The notes below the pieces were generated by a model, which was not told the origin of the DNA, did no database searches, and saw nothing but the letters and a program-made list of their open reading frames with translations. From Candidatus Limnocylindria bacterium (GTDB taxonomy: Bacteria > Chloroflexota > Limnocylindria > QHBO01), in assembly GCA_046717345.1 (NCBI GenBank), contig JBKJVN010000109.1:1-47039 (forward strand): a DNA stretch of 47,039 bases. The letters are read 5' to 3'. Both the position numbers and the translations under genes were made by a program. Below are positions 26,137-35,163 of this stretch, in pieces (the stretch's first letter is position 1; every line of letters starts with the position of its first letter).

Positions 26137-26783
26137 GCCCCGGGCCGGAGGGGTTCCTGGTCGGGGACCGGCGCGGTCTCCCCCACCGCCATCCGGGCGA
26201 AGCGAGCGACGCGGATGTTCTCCCCCAGCAGGGCGATCTTGTCGGTGATGAGGTCGCCGATCCGCCGGTCCGTATCGCGGTACGGCAGCTCGAGCAGACA
26301 GACCGATTCGAACCACTTGTCGAGCTTGCCCTGGACGATGGCCTCCGCCCGATCGGCGGGACCTCCGCCAGCGGCGGCCTCCACCGTCAAGCGTTGCCGC
26401 TGGGCCTCCACGATCTCGACCGGCACATCGTCCCGCGCGACCCACTGCGGGGCCAAGCCGGCAACCTGCATGGCCAGCTCGCGGGCCAGCTGCTGGAAAT
26501 CGTCGGTGCGGGCCACGAAGTCCGTCTCGCAGTTCAGCTCGAGCAGGACGCCCAGGCGCGATCCGTGATGGATGTAGCTGGCGATCACGCCTTCGCGGGC
26601 CACCCGATCCGCCTTCTCGCGGGCTGTGGCCAACCCCTTCTGCCGAAGGAAGGTCACCGCCGCGTCGAAATCGCCGCCCGACGCCTCGAGCGCTCGCTTG
26701 CAGTCCATCACCCCGGCGCCGGTCTGCTCACGCAGCGCCTTGATGTCGGCCGGGCTCACGAGAGGTTTGGTGTCCATGGTCAC
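26133..26783 (-). CDS. tsf: elongation factor Ts (short form)
   Basis: [37 protein letters not shown] is the UBA-like N-terminus. Length is about 216 aa. GTGA overlap with the rpsB stop. Confidence 0.9.
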   Translation of the reverse strand: MTMDTKPLVSPADIKALREQTGAGVMDCKRALEASGGDFDAAVTFLRQKGLATAREKADRVAREGVIASYIHHGSRLGVLLELNCETDFVARTDDFQQLARELAMQVAGLAPQWVARDDVPVEIVEAQRQRLTVEAAAGGGPADRAEAIVQGKLDKWFESVCLLELPYRDTDRRIGDLITDKIALLGENIRVARFARMAVGETAPVPDQEPLRPGA

Positions 26784-27709
26784 GCCGGTTCCTCGACCAC
26801 GTCCTCGACCGGCTCGCCATCCAGGCTGTCATCGAACTCGATGCTGGCCGCCCGACGGGCCCGTGCGCGCCGCTCGGTCTCTTCGTCCTCCTCGGGCTCA
26901 GGCTCGAAGACCAGGGCCTCGCCCGAGGCCAGCGCGGCGCTGTAATCTGCGTCTGGGCCTAGCGCGGCCTCATCAACCGGCGGCAACGCCTCGACCTGTT
27001 CCATCTCTTCATCGATTCGGGCCTGGCGCTCGGCCTGTCCGGCCAGGGAGGCATCCGCGACCAGGGTGCACATCAGACGCACCGATCGAATGGCGTCGTC
27101 GTTGCCGGGGATCACCCAGTCGATGAGGTCTGGGTCGCAGTTGGTGTCGGTGATGGCGACCACCGGGATCTCGAGGCGGCGCGCCTCGCGGACCGCGATC
27201 GCCTCCCGATGGGGGTCCACTACGAACACGGCGCCCGGCAGCCGGCGCATGCGGCGGATGCCGCCCATGGCCTTGTTCAGGCGCTCGATCTCCTCGGTGA
27301 GCTTGCCGGCTTCCTTTTTGGTGAGCCGTTCGAACTCGCCCGCTTCGCGACGGGCCTCCAGTGCCTCGAGGCGCTGGATGCGGCGCTTGATGGTCATGAA
27401 GTTGGTCAGCAGACCGCCCAGCCAGCGCGTGTCGACGTAGTGCTGCCCTGCGCGGGTGGACTCTTCACGCACCGCTTCCTGGGCCTGCTTCTTGGTGCCC
27501 ACGAACAGGACCGACTCGCTGCGCCGGGTCGTGTCACGCACGAACTCGAGCGCGGCGTCGAGCCGCGATACGGTCTGGGCGAGGTCGATGATGTGGATCC
27601 CGTTGCGCTCGGCAAAGATGAATTCGCGCATCTTGGGATTCCAGCGGCGGGTCTGGTGTCCGAAGTGGACGCCCGCCTCGAGCAGCTGCTTCATGCTGGC
27701 GGCAGCCAT
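26780..27709 (-). CDS. rpsB: 30S ribosomal protein S2 (with acidic C-terminal extension)
   Basis: ORF trimmed to ATG 27709, which lies 5 nt after GGAGG. It has [22 protein letters not shown] and an acidic tail of about 60 aa. Confidence 0.95.
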   Translation of the reverse strand: MAAASMKQLLEAGVHFGHQTRRWNPKMREFIFAERNGIHIIDLAQTVSRLDAALEFVRDTTRRSESVLFVGTKKQAQEAVREESTRAGQHYVDTRWLGGLLTNFMTIKRRIQRLEALEARREAGEFERLTKKEAGKLTEEIERLNKAMGGIRRMRRLPGAVFVVDPHREAIAVREARRLEIPVVAITDTNCDPDLIDWVIPGNDDAIRSVRLMCTLVADASLAGQAERQARIDEEMEQVEALPPVDEAALGPDADYSAALASGEALVFEPEPEEDEETERRARARRAASIEFDDSLDGEPVEDVVEEPA

Positions 27710-28008
27710 GGATTCCTCCGGTTGTCGTCCTCGGCCCCCGTCAGCTTCGCATCGGTCGACCCGCTCGAGAGTGGGCACCGTGGACCTGCGAATCGGGAGG
27801 CCTGTGAGATGGATCGTCCGGCTCGGTGCACCCGGGCCGGATCTGGCGCGAGTATATCAGTCGCGGATTGCACGCCCCTCGCCGTGCCTTGAGCGGCCGA
27901 CGAGGCCCGCGCAACGGTACCGAAGTACCCCGCACCCCACCACAACGGCCATTGAACGCCTCCAGTCGAGCGTCGAGCATCCGTTCGCTGACGCCCCTGG
28001 AGGAATGG

Positions 28009-29109
28009 ATGCTTCGATTCGCCCGTACCCGACCTTCCGTCGCCCGCAGCGTGCTGGCGGTGGTCCTGCTGACGTCGGTAGCGACCCCCGCGGCCGCAGG
28101 GGACGACCTCATCGTCCAGCGCGGTGACACGTTGTGGGACATCGCGCTGGAGCACGGGACGACGGTCGACGCCCTGGTGGCACTGAACGGGATCTCAGAT
28201 CCGTCGCTCATCCGGATCGGGCAGCGCATCGTGCTGCATCCTCCGTCGGCCCCTTCATCGCCGCTTCCGGCCGCCCCCGCGCCCCCCGCGCCCATCATCC
28301 ACGTCGTCCAGCCGGGCGAAACGCTGTGGGGCATCGCGGTCCAATACGGAACCACGGTGGCTGCCCTGGTCGAGGCGAATCAGATCTCCAACCCATCGCT
28401 CATCCGGATCGGCCACACGCTGGCCGTTCCGCAGCTGTCGCCTCCGCCGCCACCGCCGGCTGCTGAGCCGGCACCCCCGGCCCCCGCCCCCACGCGGGAG
28501 CACGTCGTGCAGGCAAGCGAGACGCTGTGGGCCATCTCACGCCTGTACGGCACCACGGTCGAGGCGCTGGTGGATGCGAACCTGCTGGCCAACCCGTCCT
28601 TCATTCGCACCGGTCAGCGCCTCGTGATCCCCGGCGCATCTTCACCCGCGTCCGCTCCGGCTGCCGTCACGAACTCGAGCATGCCGCCCGATATGGCCGC
28701 CAAGGTCGCGCAACGGATCGAGGCGCGCGGGATCCTCCTCGAGGCAGCGAGTGAGTTCGGCGTGCCGGGCCCCTTCGTCCTGGCCGTGGCCTGGCACGAG
28801 TCCGGCTGGCAGACGAGTGTGGTCTCGGGCGCGGGCGCGTTGGGGCTCATGCAGCTCATGCCCGACACGGCTGACTGGGTGGCGGACTCCCTGCTGGACG
28901 AGGTGCCCGCCATCGACGATCCGCGTTGGAACGCGCGCGCCGGCGTCCGTCTCCTTGCCTTCTATATGGACCGATACCAGGGCGACAGGGCGAAGACCCT
29001 GGCCGCATATTTTCAGGGCATGGCCTCGGTCGACCAGATCGGCGTCCTGCTGTCCACAGTTCCGTACAGTGACAGCATCCTGACCTTGGAACAGATTTTC
29101 AGCCGCTGA
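28009..29109 (+). CDS. secreted 3xLysM lytic transglycosylase (SLT domain)
   Basis: ORF trimmed to ATG 28009 after GGAGGA. It has a signal peptide and three LysM modules joined by Pro/Ala linkers. The SLT catalytic region is AWHESGWQ...GALGLMQLMPDTA. Confidence 0.85.
   Translation: MLRFARTRPSVARSVLAVVLLTSVATPAAAGDDLIVQRGDTLWDIALEHGTTVDALVALNGISDPSLIRIGQRIVLHPPSAPSSPLPAAPAPPAPIIHVVQPGETLWGIAVQYGTTVAALVEANQISNPSLIRIGHTLAVPQLSPPPPPPAAEPAPPAPAPTREHVVQASETLWAISRLYGTTVEALVDANLLANPSFIRTGQRLVIPGASSPASAPAAVTNSSMPPDMAAKVAQRIEARGILLEAASEFGVPGPFVLAVAWHESGWQTSVVSGAGALGLMQLMPDTADWVADSLLDEVPAIDDPRWNARAGVRLLAFYMDRYQGDRAKTLAAYFQGMASVDQIGVLLSTVPYSDSILTLEQIFSR
28108..28632 (+). repeat. three intragenic LysM-encoding repeats (28108..28239, 28297..28431, 28501..28632)
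   Basis: Recurrent DNA and protein blocks of the form V(Q)xGxTLWxIAxxYGTTVxALVxxNxIxNPSLIRIGxxL. Confidence 0.8.
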
Positions 29110-29115
29110 GGGCGG

Positions 29116-29487
29116 TCACCAGGCGTCGACAGCTGGCACGCGGGTCAGCCGCCACGTTCGGGGGCGCGGCCCGGGGACGACGGCCACCAGGTCGACGCGC
29201 AGACCGTCATGCGGGATGGCCTCGCCGCGCGCAAACGCCACCAGGGCGGCACTCACCCGTCGGAGATGCCGAGGACGCATCGACGCGACGGCGTCGCCGG
29301 CTCGACCGGTGCTCCGGAGCCTGACCTCGACCGCGACCAGGCACCGATCCGGGTCGAGGGCGACGAGGTCGATCTCGCCCTCCGAGGAGCGATGGCGGGC
29401 CGCCAGGATCCTCCACTCCTGAGCCGTCAGCCAGTCGGCAACGGCTCGCTCCGCGGCACGCCCCAGCTCATGACGAGGATCGGGCAT
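29116..29487 (-). CDS. yraN: YraN family endonuclease-like protein (UPF0102)
   Basis: GRAAERAVADWLTAQEWRILAARHRSSEGEIDLVALD...LVAVEVR. It is in the canonical position after rnhB. Confidence 0.8.
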   Translation of the reverse strand: MPDPRHELGRAAERAVADWLTAQEWRILAARHRSSEGEIDLVALDPDRCLVAVEVRLRSTGRAGDAVASMRPRHLRRVSAALVAFARGEAIPHDGLRVDLVAVVPGPRPRTWRLTRVPAVDAW

Positions 29488-29490
29488 GGC

Positions 29491-30231
29491 TCAGTCGTCG
29501 CTGGGTTCGAACGCGGCCTCGTCAACCAAGGGGTAGTCCGCGAACTCCAGGTCCAGCGGCAGCTGGACGCCGGCCAGCAGCATTCGGATGGGCGCGAACG
29601 AACGACGGTGCCACGCGCAGGGCCCTTCGCGGATGAGGGCCGCGTAATGCCGGCGCGTCCCGTAGCCCTTGTGTCGAGCGAAGCCGTAGCCCGGGAAGTG
29701 GGCGTCCATCTCGTCGCAGATGCGGTCACGCGTGACCTTGGCCACGATGGACGCGGCGGCAATGGAGGCCGAGATCGCGTCTCCATCGATGATCGCGCGC
29801 TGCGGGTACGCCGCCTCCCGAAGGGTCAGGGCATCGATGAGCAGGTGATCCGGTGGTCGGGGGAGATGGGCCAGCGCCTCCCGCATGGCCAGCCGCGTGG
29901 CCTCCAGGATGTTGATCCGGTCAATGACCTCGACCTCCACGCAGCCGACGCCAATCGCATCCGCCCGGGCCACGATCTCTTCGTACAGCGACTCACGGCG
30001 TGAGCGGGCGAGGACTTTGCTGTCCCGCAGGCCCCGGATCCGGGGACGCGCCGGCAGCATGACGGCCGCCGCCACAACCGGCCCGGCCAGCGAGCCCCGT
30101 CCGACCTCGTCCAGGCCGGCGATGCTCCGAAAGCCCGCGCGTCGCAGCTCGTATTCGTGGCCCAGGTGGGCGTCGCGGGGTCGGTGGACGGGGCGCCGGC
30201 GAGCGGTGAGGGCCGAGGCCCTGGCGCTCAT
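29491..30231 (-). CDS. rnhB: ribonuclease HII
   Basis: ORF trimmed to ATG 30231, just after the rplS stop. It has IAGLDEVGRGSLAGPVV, DSKVL and HKGYG. Confidence 0.9.
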   Translation of the reverse strand: MSARASALTARRRPVHRPRDAHLGHEYELRRAGFRSIAGLDEVGRGSLAGPVVAAAVMLPARPRIRGLRDSKVLARSRRESLYEEIVARADAIGVGCVEVEVIDRINILEATRLAMREALAHLPRPPDHLLIDALTLREAAYPQRAIIDGDAISASIAAASIVAKVTRDRICDEMDAHFPGYGFARHKGYGTRRHYAALIREGPCAWHRRSFAPIRMLLAGVQLPLDLEFADYPLVDEAAFEPSDD

Positions 30232-30235
30232 CAGG

Positions 30236-30583
30236 TCAGCGCGTGGGGCGGCGCTCGCGGAGGGTGGCAGCCTTGCCGATCCGGCCGCGGAGGAAATAGA
30301 GCTGGGCGCGACGCGCGATACCGTGGCGGACGACCTCGATCTTGTCGACGCGAGGAGCGTGGACCGGGAACGTGCGCTCCACACCCACGCCACTGCTGAT
30401 GCGACGCACGGTGATGGTCTGATTCAGGCCGCCGCCGCGCATGCGCATGACGGTTCCTTCGAAGACCTGGATCCGCTCGCGGGTACCCTCGACGACCTTG
30501 ACCGATACGCGCACGGTGTCACCGGGCGCAATCTGCGGCACGTCGCGGAGCTGCTCACGTTCCAGCTCCTGGATGGGGTCCAT
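30236..30583 (-). CDS. rplS: 50S ribosomal protein L19
   Basis: [60 protein letters not shown]-like sequence. Length is 115 aa. Confidence 0.95.
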   Translation of the reverse strand: MDPIQELEREQLRDVPQIAPGDTVRVSVKVVEGTRERIQVFEGTVMRMRGGGLNQTITVRRISSGVGVERTFPVHAPRVDKIEVVRHGIARRAQLYFLRGRIGKAATLRERRPTR

Positions 30584-30677
30584 GCTCGCGATCCTCGCTT
30601 ACGGCCGGCTTACCGCCGGATTGACAGCCGGCGCTGACGCGACAACGCGACCGCCGGAGCGGCCGCGAACGAAGGGG

Positions 30678-30707
30678 AGTATAGCAGCCGCCGATCGGCG
30701 CCAACAA
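30678..30707 (-). promoter_or_regulatory. candidate promoter for rplS (TTGTTG-18 nt-TATACT)
   Basis: Minus-strand hexamers lie at 30707..30702 and 30683..30678. This would give a leader of about 90 nt before the GAGGA SD. Confidence 0.3.
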
Positions 30708-30719
30708 CGCGGGCCTCGG

Positions 30720-31469
30720 TCACTCGGCCGCCGGGTCGCTGGATCGAAGGCGCTCGATCTCCTGTCGATCCGCATCGGTCAGGGGCGCCTGGTCGAGCAG
30801 GTCGGGACGGCGTTCGAAGGTGCGGCGCAGGGCCTCCTGGCGGCGCCAGGCATCGACTTGGCCATGGTGACCGGACAGGAGGATGGACGGCACGGGCATG
30901 CCCTCGAACTCCTCGGGGCGGGTGTACTGCGGATGCTCCAGCAGGCCGCCTGCGAACGAGTCGCCGGCAGAGGACGCGGGGTCGATGACTCCCGGCACGA
31001 GCCGGCTTACGGCGTCGATGACGACCATGGCTGGCAGCTCCCCGCCGGTCAACACGTAGTCGCCGATGCTCACTTCGCGGTCCACCGATGCCCGGACCCG
31101 CTCGTCGACCCCTTCATATCGGCCGCAGACGAGCGCCAGCCGGGACTCGCGTGCGAGCTCACGAGCCAGCCCATCGGTCAGACGTTCGCCGGCGGGGTCG
31201 AGGAGGATGACCAGGACGCCCGCCGCGCGGAACGGTCCGATGGCCGCCGCAAGCGGCTCCGGCCGCAAGATCATTCCCGCTCCCCCGCCATACGGCGTGT
31301 CGTCAACGGTTCGGTGCCGACCGAGCCCGTGCTCGCGCAGGTCGTGCAGCTCCACCGCCACCACTCCCCGCTCGATGGCGCGCCCCAGGACACCGCTGGC
31401 CAGGACCGGGCGGAACAGCTCCGGAAACAAGGTGATCACGTCGATCTGCAGGCTGGGCGCTGGAGCCAT
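30720..31469 (-). CDS. trmD: tRNA (guanine37-N1)-methyltransferase
   Basis: [11 protein letters not shown]...[11 protein letters not shown]...[16 protein letters not shown]. Confidence 0.95.
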   Translation of the reverse strand: MAPAPSLQIDVITLFPELFRPVLASGVLGRAIERGVVAVELHDLREHGLGRHRTVDDTPYGGGAGMILRPEPLAAAIGPFRAAGVLVILLDPAGERLTDGLARELARESRLALVCGRYEGVDERVRASVDREVSIGDYVLTGGELPAMVVIDAVSRLVPGVIDPASSAGDSFAGGLLEHPQYTRPEEFEGMPVPSILLSGHHGQVDAWRRQEALRRTFERRPDLLDQAPLTDADRQEIERLRSSDPAAE

Positions 31470-31472
31470 GGA

Positions 31473-32000
31473 TCAGACCTCCTCCAGCCAGGCGGACGGG
31501 TCGCGGATGGTCATGCGTCCGCGGTCCAGGTCGATGTCCAGCACGAGTGATCGGAGCGCGGGGACCAGCAGCTCGGCGTCCGGCCCGATCACCCGGTACA
31601 CCTCGTTGGCTCCTGCGCGGAAGACCTCCTCCAACCGGCCGAGGACATGTCCCTGGGGGTCCACCACCTCCAGGCCCTCGAGCTCATGCCACCAGAACGT
31701 TCCGGTCGGCAGTGCGGAAGGCGGTTCGGTCGCCGTGAGATGTCGGCCAATGAGGGCGGTCGCCGTTGCGTGGTCGGAGATTCCCTCGAGGCGCAGGACA
31801 GGACCGAGGCGCGAGGTTCCGACCTGCGTGATCCGCCGGGGAGCCTTCTCACCCTCGACCACGACGGCAGCGCCCACGATCAGTCGGTCCGGCACGTCCG
31901 TCAGCGCCATGACCCGCAGATCTCCCTCCAGGCCGCGGACGCCCATCACGCGGGCGACCGCCAACGGCTCACTCGTGGGCGACGATGTCGAGCTCGACAT
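31473..32000 (-). CDS. rimM: 16S rRNA processing protein RimM (start uncertain: ATG 32000 or TTG 31964)
   Basis: It has a VARVMGVRGLEGDLRV core and a PRC-barrel C-terminus. It sits between the KH gene and trmD. Confidence 0.85.
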   Translation of the reverse strand: MSSSTSSPTSEPLAVARVMGVRGLEGDLRVMALTDVPDRLIVGAAVVVEGEKAPRRITQVGTSRLGPVLRLEGISDHATATALIGRHLTATEPPSALPTGTFWWHELEGLEVVDPQGHVLGRLEEVFRAGANEVYRVIGPDAELLVPALRSLVLDIDLDRGRMTIRDPSAWLEEV

Positions 32001-32205
32001 GGCGGCCGTCCCGAGCGCCCATGACGCGCAGTAGGCTCCTGATCGCGTTGGCGATCCGGCCATCGCGGCCGATGACCCGACCCATGTCCCGCTCGTCCAC
32101 GACCAGCGTCAGGGTGACTTCGCCCTCGCCCTCCTCGACGTCCACCTCGACCGCGTCGGGATGATCGACCAGTGAGCGTGCGATGTACTCCAGGAATGCT
32201 TTCAT
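31969..32205 (-). CDS. KH domain RNA-binding protein (YlqC/UPF0109)
   Basis: MKAFLEYIARSLVDHPDAVEV...DMGRVIGRDGRIANAIRSLL. ATGA overlap with the rpsP stop. Confidence 0.85.
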   Translation of the reverse strand: MKAFLEYIARSLVDHPDAVEVDVEEGEGEVTLTLVVDERDMGRVIGRDGRIANAIRSLLRVMGARDGRHVELDIVAHE

Positions 32206-32795
32206 GCCTCGGCCTGCTCAGTCTCTTCCGCGGGTTCTGCTGCTGGTTGCGCAGTCTCTGCCTCGGCCTCCGCGGTCTCAGCGGCGGCCTGTGCCTCAGG
32301 CTCCGCCGCAGGTTCCTCCGCGGCCTGCTCAGTCTCTGTCGCGGCCTCTGCCGTGCTCTCTGCCGTGGGCTCCGGGGTGGTTTCTGTGGTGACTTCAGCC
32401 GCCTCGGGGGGCGCGGTTTCTGCCGCGGTCTCTTCCGCCTCAGCGGCGGGCTCAGCTAAGGCCTCAGCGGCGGGCTGCTTCGCTCGTGATGCCCGTCGCG
32501 GCTTCGCGGTCGCACGTTCGGCAGCGGCAGGAGCGGGCTTCCGCTTCAGCACGGCCCCGGCCACCGCGATCTTCATCAGCCGCTGCACGGCGGCCGAGGG
32601 CAGCGCACCCCGGGCCATCCAATTCGCGATCCGCTCGTCGTCCAGCTTGACCGTGACGGGATCGGTGAGCGGGTCGTAGAAGCCCAGGATCTCAAGCGCG
32701 CGCCCGTCACGCGAACGCCGACTGTCGATGGCGATGACGCGGTAGGCGGGCCGCTTGGTGGCCCCCACGCGCGTCAGCCGGATGTGAACGGCCAC
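32202..32795 (-). CDS. rpsP: 30S ribosomal protein S16 with a long low-complexity C-terminal tail
   Basis: ORF trimmed to GTG 32795, which lies 7 nt after GAAGGAA. The core is VAVHIRLTRVGATKRPAYRVIAIDSRRSRDGRALEILGFYDP. A basic then Ala/Glu/Thr/Pro-rich tail of about 110 aa follows. Confidence 0.9.
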   Translation of the reverse strand: MAVHIRLTRVGATKRPAYRVIAIDSRRSRDGRALEILGFYDPLTDPVTVKLDDERIANWMARGALPSAAVQRLMKIAVAGAVLKRKPAPAAAERATAKPRRASRAKQPAAEALAEPAAEAEETAAETAPPEAAEVTTETTPEPTAESTAEAATETEQAAEEPAAEPEAQAAAETAEAEAETAQPAAEPAEETEQAEA

Positions 32796-32910
32796 GTAGT
32801 GGTTCCTTCTGTCTCTGAGGACGTTGCGTGACGCTGCGGCGGGATGCCATGAGGGGCTGACGAAGAGCCGAGCGCCGGGACAGGATAGCGCGTCCAGCCC
32901 GAACGGGCGA

Positions 32911-34245
32911 TCAGCGACCGGGCAGCCGCGGCGCTTGTCCCGGTCGCGACCCGGCACTTCCGAGCTGGCGAACGAGCTTCTGCATCTCCTCGAACTGCCG
33001 CAGGAGCCGATTCACCTGGCCCACGCTGGTTCCGCTCCCGGCCGCGATGCGGCGCCGACGGCCGGCCTTGATGAGGTGCGGCTCGCGGCGCTCGGTTGGC
33101 GTCATGGAGTCGATGATGGCCTCAATACGCCGCAGCTCCCCATCGTCCACGGCGGCCTGGGCCGCGCCGGCAAGTCCCGCCGCGCCGGGGACCATCTGGA
33201 GCAGCTGACCGATGGGTCCCATCCGCTTCACCTGCTGAAGCTGGCTCCGAAAGTCCTCCAGGGTGAACCGCGACTCAAGGATGCGTTGGGCCGTTCGCTC
33301 GGCCTCCTCGCGGTCGACCCCTTCCTGGGCCCGCTCGACAAGAGTGACGATGTCCCCCATGCCCAGGATGCGCTGCGCCAGGCGATCCGGGTGGAAGGCT
33401 TCGAGCGCATCCATGCCCTCCCCGGCCCCGACGTAGGCGATGGGCACCCCGGTCACGCTCCGGATGCTGAGGGCTGCACCGCCCCGAGCGTCCCCATCCA
33501 TCTTGGTCAGGATCAGGCCGGTGAGGGGCAGGCTGGCGTGAAAGGTCTCGGCCACGCGCACTGCCTCCTGCCCCGTCATGGCATCCACCACCAGCAGCGA
33601 CTCGGTCGGCTGGAGGGCGCTGGCGAGGCCTTCGAGCTCGGCCATCATCGGCTGGTCTACGTGCTGGCGCCCCGCGGTGTCCACGATGACCACGTCCGCT
33701 CCGGCGCCACGGGCGGCGACCAGGCCCGCCTCGGCAATCGCCGCTGGAGGTGTGCCGGTCGGGCCGGTCACGACCTCGACGCCCACCTGCTCCCCCAGCC
33801 GGACGAGCTGTTCCACAGCGGCTGGCCGGTAGACGTCGGCCGCGACCAGCAGTGGCCGATGGCCGTCGCGTCGCAGGCGGACCGCGAGCTTGGCGGCCGA
33901 TGTCGTCTTGCCCGATCCCTGCAGACCGATGAGGAGGACCACGGCCGGAGCGGGTGGTCCGAGCCGGAGGACGTGCCGCTCCCCGCCCAGGATCTCCACC
34001 AGCTCCTCATGGACGAGCTTGACGACCTGGTGGCCGGGCCGGACGCCGTCGAGGATAGCCGTGCCGATGGCGCGCTCCCGAATGCGGGCCACGAAGGTCT
34101 TCACGACCCGGAAGTGCACGTCGGCTTCCAGCAGCGCCAGGCGGACCTCGCGCAGCGCCGCGTCCAGGTCCGCCTCGGTCAGCCTCGCCTGACCACGCAG
34201 GCGTCCGGCGATGGCCTGGAGGCGAGCCGACAGGGTTTCCAGCAT
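32911..34245 (-). CDS. ffh: signal recognition particle protein Ffh
   Basis: ORF trimmed to ATG 34245, which lies 6 nt after GGAG. It has an NG domain (GLQGSGKTTSAAKLA, DTAGR) and an M domain. Confidence 0.95.
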   Translation of the reverse strand: MLETLSARLQAIAGRLRGQARLTEADLDAALREVRLALLEADVHFRVVKTFVARIRERAIGTAILDGVRPGHQVVKLVHEELVEILGGERHVLRLGPPAPAVVLLIGLQGSGKTTSAAKLAVRLRRDGHRPLLVAADVYRPAAVEQLVRLGEQVGVEVVTGPTGTPPAAIAEAGLVAARGAGADVVIVDTAGRQHVDQPMMAELEGLASALQPTESLLVVDAMTGQEAVRVAETFHASLPLTGLILTKMDGDARGGAALSIRSVTGVPIAYVGAGEGMDALEAFHPDRLAQRILGMGDIVTLVERAQEGVDREEAERTAQRILESRFTLEDFRSQLQQVKRMGPIGQLLQMVPGAAGLAGAAQAAVDDGELRRIEAIIDSMTPTERREPHLIKAGRRRRIAAGSGTSVGQVNRLLRQFEEMQKLVRQLGSAGSRPGQAPRLPGR

Positions 34246-34264
34246 CAGACGCTCCGGGCCGCTG

Positions 34265-35146
34265 TTAGGCTGCCAACAGCCAGTCGAGATAGGCGTCCGG
34301 GTCGAACGGCGCGAGATCGCTGAGGTCCTCGCCGAAGGCGGTGAAGACGATGGGGATCCCAAACTGATCGACGACGGCCAACGCCACCCCACCTTTGGCC
34401 GTGCCGTCCAGCTTGGCAAGCACGATCCCGGTCACCCCGGCCTGGGCCAGGAAGGTCTCCGCCTGGGACAGCCCGTTCTGCCCCGTCGTGGCATCCAGCA
34501 CGAGGAGGACGTGACGTGGCTGGTCAGGTCGTTGACGGGTGATCACGCGCCGCACCTTGGCCAGCTCGGCCATGAGGTCGCGGGCGGTCTGCAGCCGCCC
34601 GGCCGTATCGACGATGACGACGTCGGTCCCGCGGGCCACGCCTGCCGCCACCGCGTCGAACGCCACCGCGGCCGGGTCCGCACCCGCGCGCTGCGCCACG
34701 ACCCCGATGCCCAGGCGGTCGCCCCACAGCCGCAGCTGCTCTACGGCGCCCGGGCGATAGGTGTCAGCCGCGGCCAGGAGCACGCTCCGACCCTCCTTCT
34801 GGAAGCGGGCCGCCAGCTTGGCCGCGGTCGTGGTCTTGCCACTCCCGTTGACGCCCACCACCAGGATGACCGCCGGCGGAGGGCCAACCTCGAACGGTTG
34901 GTCCGGCACGCGCCGCAGTCGCTCCCCGAGCTCGGCCGCGATCGCGGCATTGGCCGGCACGTCCCCGCGAGCGGTCCGCTCCCGCGCCCCGACGACGATC
35001 TCGGCCGCCAGGCGTGGACCGAGGTCGGCCGCGACGAGCGCCTCCTCCGCCTCTGCCCACGCCGCCTCGTCCACGGCGCGATCGGCTCCCAGGGCCGCGC
35101 GCAACCGCGCGCCGAGGCTCGAGCCGAGTCGCGACATCGCCGTCAT
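34265..35146 (-). CDS. ftsY: SRP receptor FtsY (NG-only short form)
   Basis: GVNGSGKTTTAAKLA, DTAGRL and LAKLDGTAKGG. Confidence 0.95.
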   Translation of the reverse strand: MTAMSRLGSSLGARLRAALGADRAVDEAAWAEAEEALVAADLGPRLAAEIVVGARERTARGDVPANAAIAAELGERLRRVPDQPFEVGPPPAVILVVGVNGSGKTTTAAKLAARFQKEGRSVLLAAADTYRPGAVEQLRLWGDRLGIGVVAQRAGADPAAVAFDAVAAGVARGTDVVIVDTAGRLQTARDLMAELAKVRRVITRQRPDQPRHVLLVLDATTGQNGLSQAETFLAQAGVTGIVLAKLDGTAKGGVALAVVDQFGIPIVFTAFGEDLSDLAPFDPDAYLDWLLAA

Positions 35147-35163
35147 CGGTCAGGCGCTGACGG

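Noticed and set aside
27860-28008. A c-di-AMP (ydaO-type) riboswitch upstream of the LysM/SLT cell-wall gene.
   Set aside because: Such riboswitches often precede cell-wall hydrolase genes, so I looked for one. The conserved blocks I remember (ACGGGGA.., CCCGAA.., AGCUAACC.. type) are not visible on the plus strand here. Only a covariance-model scan could settle it.
32205-32500. A CRISPR-like or tandem-repeat array in the GC-rich periodic sequence at 32.2-32.5 kb.
   Set aside because: The repeats are short, imperfect and in frame within the rpsP tail (Ala/Glu/Thr/Pro low complexity). There is no repeat-spacer structure.
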